This document shows positions 17,417-25,695 of a stretch of DNA of 40,556 nt, one piece after another. Made by a program: the position numbers and the translations under genes. Position 1 is the stretch's first letter; every line of letters starts with the position of its first letter. The stretch is from sequence record SRR22947727_2715, one strand, 5' to 3'. The notes below the pieces were generated by a model that saw only the letters and a list, made by a program, of their open reading frames with translations, was not told where the DNA came from and searched no databases.

Positions 17417-18724
17417 TCACTTTTTTCTCACGTCATAACAAATCACTTTCGATCCCATTTCGTTTTGGACGAGATACAGTCGGCCGTTCGAAAGGACAGG
17501 CGGCGCCCAGGTTTCGGGAGCGTAAAACGGCACCGCTTTCGAAAGTACAACAGGTTTTTGCCGAAGAGCAATTGCAAGCCGAAGCAACGTTCCGTTTTCA
17601 CCGAGAACGACGTAATCACCATCCGCCCAGATCAGGCTGCCGCGTCCCATATTGACGGCAAGCTCGCGATCGTTGTAGGGAATGGTTAATTTGATGAACG
17701 TTTCGTCCATGTGAAGGCGTTCAAATTGGGTGTCGTAACTGACCATCAAGCCACCGGTTCCTCCAAATCCGGTCAGCATTCCGTCGTGAAAAATGGGTGT
17801 CTGAAACTGGCACCCGAGATGTTCCGTGGTCCAGGCAAGTCGTTGCTTGAAATTTGAATCAAACTGAATCATGACGCCGCTTTTTCCGTAGTCCTCGGAG
17901 ATGAAAACCTGATTATTATCGCAAACCACCGGGCTTGAAGCAACGACGCTGGTGGGATTCGACGTTCGCCATGGAAATGAACTGTCTATTTTTCCGTCTT
18001 TCGGATTCAGGCAAACCAGGCCGCCCGCGGGTGGCTTAGTTTTGCCGCCCGCGTAGATCAAAATGCGGTCCTCTCCGTTGATTTTCCCGGGAATCGGCGA
18101 TGCGTAACTGCCGTGCCATTCGTGTTGATTTTTCCAGACCACTTCGCCATTGGTTTTATTCAACGCGACCGCAAAGGTATCGTCCGATCCTACATGGATG
18201 ATCAGCAGGTCGCCGAGCAACAACGGGCATGAACCGATCCCGAAAAAGGTCGGCGCGTCTCCGAATTTTTCGCCCACTTTGAGCTGCCAGAGAACTTTCC
18301 CTGATTCGAGTTCAAGCGCCAGTAAATCACCATCGTTGCCGAGCGTGTAAACCGTTTTTGTGTCCGGATCGATGACTGGACTTGAGCGCGGCGCATCGAC
18401 GATTCCAAAATTCTGTCCGACCTCGACGCCGTAGCTGTGCTTCCAAATTTTGCTGCCGTTCTCAGCTTTCAGGCAAACGATCTCTTCATTTTTATCCTTT
18501 TGGTGAATGAAAACGACATGGTCATCAACCACCACTGGGCCTGCGTGTCCTTTACCTTTTCCGTAAGTCCAGACGGGTTTGAAATCTTCCCTTTCAAAAT
18601 CCCAGTCCAGCCCTGTTTCAGCGGAATGCCCATTGTGATTGGGTCCGAGGAAATGGGGCCAATCATCGGCTTGAATAGCCGATGAAATGCAGGAAAAAAA
18701 CAGAAGCAGGAATACGCGCGTCAT
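17417..18724 (-). CDS. Secreted PQQ-like beta-propeller repeat protein
   Basis: Signal peptide, DWPHFLGP start, repeated L..E.G.V.W units, YASP, TWAPPVLSNGRLY. Confidence 0.88.
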   Translation of the reverse strand: MTRVFLLLFFSCISSAIQADDWPHFLGPNHNGHSAETGLDWDFEREDFKPVWTYGKGKGHAGPVVVDDHVVFIHQKDKNEEIVCLKAENGSKIWKHSYGVEVGQNFGIVDAPRSSPVIDPDTKTVYTLGNDGDLLALELESGKVLWQLKVGEKFGDAPTFFGIGSCPLLLGDLLIIHVGSDDTFAVALNKTNGEVVWKNQHEWHGSYASPIPGKINGEDRILIYAGGKTKPPAGGLVCLNPKDGKIDSSFPWRTSNPTSVVASSPVVCDNNQVFISEDYGKSGVMIQFDSNFKQRLAWTTEHLGCQFQTPIFHDGMLTGFGGTGGLMVSYDTQFERLHMDETFIKLTIPYNDRELAVNMGRGSLIWADGDYVVLGENGTLLRLAIALRQKPVVLSKAVPFYAPETWAPPVLSNGRLYLVQNEMGSKVICYDVRKK

Positions 18725-18790
18725 ATGACTAAAGCGTAGCCGATCTTCTGGATTTTTCGCGTGGCGTTATTTCGCTACAATTTTTTGGCG

Positions 18791-20074
18791 TCAAACAAAA
18801 AGCTCCGCCACTGGCTTCGCTTCTTTGCGAACCAATGTCATCGGACGACCTTGTGGCGTCGTAATTTCATGCGCGGGATTGATGCCCATGGCATGAAGTA
18901 CCGTTGCGTGAAGATCGCTGACTTCAACGGGACGTTCGTCCGGCATAGCGCCGTCTGTGTCGGACGAACCAATTACGGTGCCGCCTTTGATGCCGCCACC
19001 AGCCATGAAACAGCTGAAGACTTTTGCCCAGTGATCGCGACCGGCGTTGTCGTTCACGCGAGGAGTGCGGCCAAATTCTGAAAGCACCACAACAAGCGTT
19101 TTATCGATCATTCCGGTGACGCTGAGATCTTCGATCAGTGATGCAAGCGCTGGGTCCATCGTCGCGCCATGATTGGTCATCGCGTCAGCAATGTTCATGT
19201 GGTTGTCGAATCCACCGCGATTCACCTGGACAAAACGAACACCGGTTTCGACGAGCTTTTTCGAAAGTAGAGCAGCCCGACCAAACTCAGTTTCGCCATA
19301 GCGAGCGAGGGTTTTCGGATCTTCTTTTTCCAATTCGAATGCCGCCAGCGCGGGACTTTTCATCAGATCAACTGCATCATTGAGAGCAACTTCAGCAGCT
19401 TTCATCTCATGTGAGCTGAGCTGCTTTGTCTTCTTCAAATTCATCTTCGCGAGGATATCGAGCCGCTTGTTTCCCTGAACCTGAGAAATGCCGTCAGGAA
19501 AAGTGAGATACGGATCACGCTCACCGGGACGACCCACATAGTAGGCTTCGCAAGCCTGACCGAGATATCCCGCCTTCGGAGCACGGCCGCCGATCGATAC
19601 AAAAGCCGGCAAATCTCCGAGTGAATCACGTTGGCTGGTGACGATTGAACCGAGGCCCGGGTGAACCGTGCTGTTACCCGTCATCTGATAACTCGTCTGC
19701 AATTCATACGTCGCCCGACCGTGATCGCCATTTGTGCCGGCGATGGAACGGATCAGCGAGGCGTGATGCATTTGTTTGGCAAGCTTCGGAAAAATTTCAC
19801 TGATCTCGACACCTGAAGCGCTCGTTTTGATCGGGGAAAACGGACCTGCAGTGGGACGGCCTGGTTTTGGGTCCCACGTGTCGATGTGGCTCATTCCGCC
19901 ACCGTTCCAAAAGAGAATCACGTGTTCGGCGGTCGCTGCTTTCGGAGCTGCGGCAATGAGTTCGCGCACGGGCATTCCGAGAAATGTCGCGAGCGATGCT
20001 GCGCCGGCAGTTTTCAGCAACGAGCGGCGATTGATGGTGTCGTGGTAGTCTTGGCAGCCAAATTGGTTGTTCAT
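18791..20074 (-). CDS. DUF1501 domain protein (Tat-exported)
   Basis: NRRSLLK twin-arginine signal, GGMSHIDTWDPKP, SEFGRTP, GRDHW; start set to ATG at 20074. Confidence 0.92.
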   Translation of the reverse strand: MNNQFGCQDYHDTINRRSLLKTAGAASLATFLGMPVRELIAAAPKAATAEHVILFWNGGGMSHIDTWDPKPGRPTAGPFSPIKTSASGVEISEIFPKLAKQMHHASLIRSIAGTNGDHGRATYELQTSYQMTGNSTVHPGLGSIVTSQRDSLGDLPAFVSIGGRAPKAGYLGQACEAYYVGRPGERDPYLTFPDGISQVQGNKRLDILAKMNLKKTKQLSSHEMKAAEVALNDAVDLMKSPALAAFELEKEDPKTLARYGETEFGRAALLSKKLVETGVRFVQVNRGGFDNHMNIADAMTNHGATMDPALASLIEDLSVTGMIDKTLVVVLSEFGRTPRVNDNAGRDHWAKVFSCFMAGGGIKGGTVIGSSDTDGAMPDERPVEVSDLHATVLHAMGINPAHEITTPQGRPMTLVRKEAKPVAELFV

Positions 20075-20112
20075 GATTTGGGTGGGTTTGGGGTGTCCTT
20101 CTAAAAAATGGG

Positions 20113-22569
20113 TTATGGCAAAAAACGAAATTCGTGGCAGTTCAAAAGCGCCCAACGCAAATCGGACATGCCGGCGAGTGCGGTTTCACTCTCTTTCAAA
20201 ACGGTGATGCCGTCGATCAATTCTTCCGCATCGGGTTCGCGGGTGAGTGTTTCCAAATAAACGCGGCGAACGGCATCTTCCGTTTTCGGGCTGTCTCCTG
20301 CAAGCATGGCATAGAGTGGTTCGAGCGAACCGACGCGTGCTGCTTCGTGAGTTGCTTTGCCATTCAACATCATCAATTGCTGGCGCAGCGAGGCTGAGTG
20401 ATCGCGAAATTCTCCAAGCCCTTCACGACTTGGCTGGCCGAACACACGGAGGAAATGATCTGCCGGAGCAGGTGAAGCCATCCGCATCGAGCTGTTGAAG
20501 CTCGGATTATCATCGAGCTTTTCCTCAACGGTTTTCAGTTGATAACGCTGTGGTCCCTGACGACGACGAGCTTCTTCTTCCGCTTCGCGGCGTCGTTTTT
20601 CTGCTTCAAGTTTTGCGTCTTCTTTCGCCCGCATTGAAGCCAGCTCATCTTCCTGAGCGGCGTTGTCCGCGAGGACTTTTTTGAAATCGATCTCAATGCT
20701 GTTTTCCAAACTATAATCGGAACCGGCGCTCATCATGGCGTCCCCGTTTGCATTGGTCATCATCGCCATTTCGGTTTTTCCTTCGTCGGTTTCGGTGGTT
20801 TCCATCCTGCCAAGAGGAATCCGGATTTGTTTTGAAACGACACGGACGTTCTCACCTGCAAGCCATTTTTTTGATTCGAGATGTCCGGCAATAACGACGG
20901 AATCAAACAGTGCTTCGGAAAGCATCCGCCGAATGGGGCTGGCGGAAAATGCGATCTCGGCCGCTTCCAATTCGTTTGCCGTCGCGTCGTTCTGCAAATG
21001 CCCGCGGCGGTAGGTGTCCGTCAGCATGATCGAGCGAACCAATTCGCGCATATTATAGCCGCCGGCGATAAACTCACGAGACAAATACTCGAGGGTCTGG
21101 GGATGCGAATTCGCCTGATATTCGGTGAAATTATCGAGTGGCATGACAAAACCACGTCCGTTCAATTCCGCCCAGACCCGGTTTGCAAAAGCCCGCGCAA
21201 AATACGGATTGCGCGGATCGGTCACTTTTTCAGCCAGCACAGCGCGATCGACGCTGGGCTTGTAGAGGTCCTCGTGAACCTTCAGGTCGGCGCTCGATTT
21301 CTTCGCATCGGCCATCACATCGAAATCGAGGCTGCTCTTTTTCTCAGGGCCGGCATCGATATCGAGGAGCGATTCCAAATCATCACCGGCTTCCTTGGCT
21401 GCAATTTTTTGAACGTCAGCCGCCCGTAGTTTTTCAAATCGCTCAATGTAATGCGGCGCTTTCTCGAAGCTCACAAGCTCGAACGGGAACTTCGGTTTCA
21501 CAGGTTCCCGGCTTGGCGGATTATCATTCTCAGGCGGCCACATGACTTTGTTCGTCTTTTCTTCCGTGGTGTAAGTTGTCCGGGCGAACTGATTTTCGCG
21601 CTGCACAGTTTTTCCGAAAAAGCTCGCGAGTTCATAGAAATCCGTCTGATTCCAGTCATCAAATGGATGGTTGTGGCACTGGGCGCAGGACATCCGCACG
21701 CCGAGAAAAATCTGGCTGACTGCAGCGGCCATCGACATCGGGTCGGTGTTGTCGTTTAGCAAAAAGCCAACGGCAGGATTTTGGGAAGTTCGTCCATTTG
21801 CTGAAATCATTTCGCGAGTCATTTCATCCCAGCCAGTGTTTTTTTCTACCTCGGTGTGAAGCCACGCCTGCATTTCGCGACCGCCGGTGACGTTGGAGCG
21901 AACCCGTAAAGTGTCTGCCAGAAAGACCGTCCATCGATCCGTAAAACGGGGATTGGCGAGCAGCTTGTCGACGACTTTTTCGCGTCGTTCAGTCGGAGAC
22001 CATTTTTGAAACGCTTCGATTTCTTCAACTCGCGGAATCCGGCCAATCAAATCCAGTGTAGCCCGGCGGAGAAATGCCGAATCATCGATGGGGGCTGCCT
22101 TTTTCGTGTCCCGATTCTGATTTTCATGAGCGAGCAGTTTGTCGATCGTTTTGGAAACTTCCGCTTTCGATTTCGGAGCTTCCTTCGGAATGGCATCCGT
22201 AATCAGTTCCTTCTTGGCCGTCTTCAAGCGAACGCTGTCGGGCCATTCGGCACCGGCTTCGACCCACGCTTTCAGAATTGCAATTTGCTCGGGAGTGAGC
22301 GGTTCCGCTTCCTGCGGCATGATTTCGTCATCTTCCGGCGGGAGGGTGATTCGATCGATCAGTGAAAATTTGATATCGTCTCCGCTTTCGCCGCCTTTGA
22401 AGAACAGTTCCTTGTCATGCATTCGGAGGTCGCCTTTCTCTTTTCCCGAGCCGTGGCAACGAAGACATTGAGATTCAAAAATAGGAGCGACGTCGCGTTC
22501 AAAATCCGGTGCGGCGAGCAGTGGGAGGCTGCAGAAAAAGATCGTGGAGGCGAGAAGGCGGGAAAGCAT
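20113..22569 (-). CDS. Planctomycete cytochrome c / DUF1549 / DUF1553 protein
   Basis: CLRCH and CAQCHNHPFD heme-type motifs, FLRRATLDLIGRIP, NPYFARAFANRVW, WALLNCHEF; start set to ATG at 22569. Confidence 0.9.
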   Translation of the reverse strand: MLSRLLASTIFFCSLPLLAAPDFERDVAPIFESQCLRCHGSGKEKGDLRMHDKELFFKGGESGDDIKFSLIDRITLPPEDDEIMPQEAEPLTPEQIAILKAWVEAGAEWPDSVRLKTAKKELITDAIPKEAPKSKAEVSKTIDKLLAHENQNRDTKKAAPIDDSAFLRRATLDLIGRIPRVEEIEAFQKWSPTERREKVVDKLLANPRFTDRWTVFLADTLRVRSNVTGGREMQAWLHTEVEKNTGWDEMTREMISANGRTSQNPAVGFLLNDNTDPMSMAAAVSQIFLGVRMSCAQCHNHPFDDWNQTDFYELASFFGKTVQRENQFARTTYTTEEKTNKVMWPPENDNPPSREPVKPKFPFELVSFEKAPHYIERFEKLRAADVQKIAAKEAGDDLESLLDIDAGPEKKSSLDFDVMADAKKSSADLKVHEDLYKPSVDRAVLAEKVTDPRNPYFARAFANRVWAELNGRGFVMPLDNFTEYQANSHPQTLEYLSREFIAGGYNMRELVRSIMLTDTYRRGHLQNDATANELEAAEIAFSASPIRRMLSEALFDSVVIAGHLESKKWLAGENVRVVSKQIRIPLGRMETTETDEGKTEMAMMTNANGDAMMSAGSDYSLENSIEIDFKKVLADNAAQEDELASMRAKEDAKLEAEKRRREAEEEARRRQGPQRYQLKTVEEKLDDNPSFNSSMRMASPAPADHFLRVFGQPSREGLGEFRDHSASLRQQLMMLNGKATHEAARVGSLEPLYAMLAGDSPKTEDAVRRVYLETLTREPDAEELIDGITVLKESETALAGMSDLRWALLNCHEFRFLP

Positions 22570-22666
22570 GTCGATCAGCGGGTTAAGACTTCGTAGATCA
22601 TAGCCGTTCGCTAAAATCGGGTCCAGCACCGAATTCGATTTTACGGTGGCTCTTTAGAGCCAGCCT

Positions 22667-22711
22667 GCGAACCAACAGTGTATGTTCGATGAATCAACCC
22701 TGTTGGTTCGA
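22667..22711. repeat. 45-bp palindromic repeat, copy 5
   Basis: GCGAACCAACAGTGT-ATGTTCGATGAATCA-ACCCTGTTGGTTCGA in the divergent region upstream of trkA. Confidence 0.9.
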
Positions 22712-22782
22712 AAAATGGTAAAATTCTTCCCGAAAATCGCCGATTGCGGCGATTTCGGTAGGGTCTATCTTCGGCGCGAATC

Positions 22783-24129
22783 ATGAACATCATCATTGTT
22801 GGTGCCGGTGAAATCGGTCGTCACATGGCACAAAGTCTTTCTCACGAAAGTCATGCCATCTGCGTAATTGAATCAGATGAAAGCGTCGGGAGCGAACTCG
22901 ATCAAGCGGTCGATGCTCGCATCCTCGTGGGTGACGGTGCGTCTGTTAACGTATTGCTCGATGCCGGTGTATCCGAGTGTGATTTGTTTTTTGCGCTAAC
23001 GAGCGAGAACAACATCAATCTCGTCTCTTGCTCGATGGCTAAAGCGCTTGGCGCGAAACAAACGATCTGTCGCGTTCATCCAGATTTGCAGCGTGAGGAA
23101 TTTCTTTTCGATTTCCGAAGTCACTTTGGAATCGACAGTTTGTTCAGCTCCGAGCGGCTTGCGGCGGTTGAGCTTTCCAAATACGTGCGCAATCCCGATG
23201 CGCCGATTGTGGAGGAAATTGCTCACGGTCACATTGAACTGCAGCAAATCAAAGTTCCTGAAAATTCATCGTTGATCAATAAGCCGATTAAAGATCTTGG
23301 ATTTCCCCCACGCGTTCGGATTGGTTCGATTCGCCGCGGGGAGGAATCAATTATCCCGTCCGCCAATGATGAATTGAAAGCCGGTGATTTGGTAACCTTG
23401 TTTGGCGATCCGGCTCGACTCCACGAAGTCGCCGTTAAACTCAGTAAACACGGCAAGGAAACCGAAACGAATGTGGTGATTTTCGGTGGCGGTGAATACG
23501 GATTTTCGCTCGCGCAAAATTTGGAGAGTTGGAAATGCCGGGTGCGAATTTTTGAAAAAGACCCCGACCGTTGCGCGTTTCTTGCCGACTCGCTCGTGAA
23601 AGCCACGGTTTTAAATGCGGACGCGACTTCCCTGGCGGAGTTAAAAGAAGAGCAAATTGGCAATGCGGATTTCTTTATCGCAACGACATCGGTTGACGAA
23701 GACAATGTAATGACTTGCCTTCAGGCTCACAGTTTAGGTGCAAAAAATTGTCTTACCCTGATTCACCGGGCTGATTATGCGGAAGCAATCACCGGGTTTA
23801 GTGATCAAATGGGAATTCGCTCTGCGGTGAGTCCTCGCGATGCAACGCGGCGTGATTTGATGCGTTTCGTCACTTCGGATCGCTGGCATTTGCTGCAAAA
23901 GCTCGATGCCGGTGAGTTAATCGAATCAGCCGTGACCGAAGGTTCCGTGATCGACGGAAAGCGCGTGTCCGAAGTCGACTGGCCGGTGGATTGCATTTTG
24001 GTAGCATTGCTTCACGGCGTGAGGGCCATGGTTCCAGCGGCCGATGATCCGATCAAGGCGGGCGATCATCTCTACGCAGTGGTGTCGCCAAAAGCTAAAA
24101 AACGTTTTTTGAAATTGGTGACAGGCTGA
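22783..24129 (+). CDS. trkA: Trk system potassium uptake protein TrkA
   Basis: Two RCK_N (GAGEIG, GGGEYG) and two RCK_C domains, 448 aa. Confidence 0.93.
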   Translation: MNIIIVGAGEIGRHMAQSLSHESHAICVIESDESVGSELDQAVDARILVGDGASVNVLLDAGVSECDLFFALTSENNINLVSCSMAKALGAKQTICRVHPDLQREEFLFDFRSHFGIDSLFSSERLAAVELSKYVRNPDAPIVEEIAHGHIELQQIKVPENSSLINKPIKDLGFPPRVRIGSIRRGEESIIPSANDELKAGDLVTLFGDPARLHEVAVKLSKHGKETETNVVIFGGGEYGFSLAQNLESWKCRVRIFEKDPDRCAFLADSLVKATVLNADATSLAELKEEQIGNADFFIATTSVDEDNVMTCLQAHSLGAKNCLTLIHRADYAEAITGFSDQMGIRSAVSPRDATRRDLMRFVTSDRWHLLQKLDAGELIESAVTEGSVIDGKRVSEVDWPVDCILVALLHGVRAMVPAADDPIKAGDHLYAVVSPKAKKRFLKLVTG

Positions 24130-24142
24130 TTTGTTTCTTCGC

Positions 24143-25633
24143 ATGAATTTTCGGATCATCGCAAAAGTCCTTGGTATTCTGATCATCTTGATCGGCGTCG
24201 CCATGTCAGCGTGTGCCATTTTTTCTGAAATTGAAGTGCGGCATAGTGTGGAAGAATCCGGGCCGGCTGCCAAGTCAGCGGTGACGGCGCTGTGGGCGGG
24301 CACTGGAATATCGGTATTTTTCGGTCTCGCTTTGTTTCTGTTTGGATTCCGCTGCAAAAATGACATTCTCCGTCGTGAAGCGATCGTCATTGTTGGGTTG
24401 AGCTGGATACTGGCGGCAGGATTCGGGGCCATTCCTTTCTACTTATGTGATCCGGGGCTCGGAATGGTAGAATCGTATTTTGAATCGATGTCTGGAATCA
24501 CCACCACGGGTTCAACCGTGATGGAAGATATTGAAGCCTATCCCCGTGGAGTTTTGTTGTGGCGCTCGACGTTGCAGTGGCTCGGCGGAATTGGAATTGT
24601 TGTCCTGTTTGCGGCTGTATTGTCTTTTCTTGGGGTCGGAAGCCGCTCACTGATGCAGCAGGAATCCAGTCTGAATATTTCCGATTCCAACGCATCTCGC
24701 GTGAGCGACATCGCGCTGATGTTGCTGAAAATTTATCTTATCTTCTCCGTCGTCTGCACTGTCGGTCTTATTGTTTTGGGAATGTCCACCTTCGACGCGG
24801 TCCTGCATGCAATGACGACGGTTTCCACCGGCGGGTTCAGTCCCAAAAACGCCAGCGTTGGCCATTTCGACAGCATTCCGATCGAAATTTGGATTTCCAT
24901 TTTTATGATTCTAGGAAGCCTTAGTTTCATGCTTTATGTCTTCATTGTGCAACGAAAGTGGAAACGGGTAGCTTCCGAGGAAGAGGGGAAATTCTACCTT
25001 ATTTTGCTAGTCATCGTTTGTGCCGCTATCGCTCTGGATTTATTTTTGGCTACTGATGACCACACCTTTGGTCAGGCCTTTCACGAATCTTTCTTCAATG
25101 TCATATCTATCAGCTCCACAACAGGATTTGCAGTGAGCGATTACGATCAATGGCCGCTTTTTTCGCGGATGCTTCTGATTTTCCTAATGGTGGTTGGAGG
25201 GTGCGCTGGTTCTACTGCGGGCGGTGTGAAAATGAACCGTGTGATCCTTTTCAAACGGATTGCACGAATGGAGCTGACGCGAACCTTTCGTCCCCATCAG
25301 GTTTTTAAAATCACGCTCAACGGTGTTGCACCTGACCGAAAAGTTCTCGTGACAGCCACACTCTTTCTCGCGCTCGCATTGATTATCATTTTGATTTCCA
25401 GCCTACTTATTGCCCTTTTGGAGCCTGATTTGAACCTGATTTCTGTATTTGGATGTTCTTTTGCGACTCTATTTAATACCGGCCCCGGCTTTGAAAGCGT
25501 CGGGCCCACAGATAACTTTGCGTTCCTCAATGACGGCACGCTCGCGCTGCTCAGTCTATTGATGGTGATCGGCCGACTCGAGTTCTTCGCGATCCTGGTT
25601 TTGTTTATGCCGTCGCTGTGGAAGAAATACTGA
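24143..25633 (+). CDS. trkH: Trk system potassium uptake membrane protein TrkH
   Basis: FESMSGITTTG, QWLGGIGI, STGGFS, GGCAGSTAGGVK, GRLE motifs; follows trkA. Confidence 0.95.
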   Translation: MNFRIIAKVLGILIILIGVAMSACAIFSEIEVRHSVEESGPAAKSAVTALWAGTGISVFFGLALFLFGFRCKNDILRREAIVIVGLSWILAAGFGAIPFYLCDPGLGMVESYFESMSGITTTGSTVMEDIEAYPRGVLLWRSTLQWLGGIGIVVLFAAVLSFLGVGSRSLMQQESSLNISDSNASRVSDIALMLLKIYLIFSVVCTVGLIVLGMSTFDAVLHAMTTVSTGGFSPKNASVGHFDSIPIEIWISIFMILGSLSFMLYVFIVQRKWKRVASEEEGKFYLILLVIVCAAIALDLFLATDDHTFGQAFHESFFNVISISSTTGFAVSDYDQWPLFSRMLLIFLMVVGGCAGSTAGGVKMNRVILFKRIARMELTRTFRPHQVFKITLNGVAPDRKVLVTATLFLALALIIILISSLLIALLEPDLNLISVFGCSFATLFNTGPGFESVGPTDNFAFLNDGTLALLSLLMVIGRLEFFAILVLFMPSLWKKY

Positions 25634-25637
25634 TTTT

Positions 25638-25684
25638 TCGAGTCAACAAGTGCGGTTCATTGAACAGAGTTACTGTTGGATCGT
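25638..25684. repeat. Degenerate palindromic repeat, copy 6 (reverse orientation)
   Basis: TCGAGTCAACAAGTG...GTTCATTGAACAG...ACTGTTGGATCGT between the convergent trkH and valS stops; 47 bp. Confidence 0.7.
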
Positions 25685-25695
25685 AAGCAAATTTC

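Noticed and set aside
22570-22782. c-di-AMP (ydaO) riboswitch upstream of trkA
   Set aside because: No recognisable consensus; the space is taken by the repeat and short hairpins
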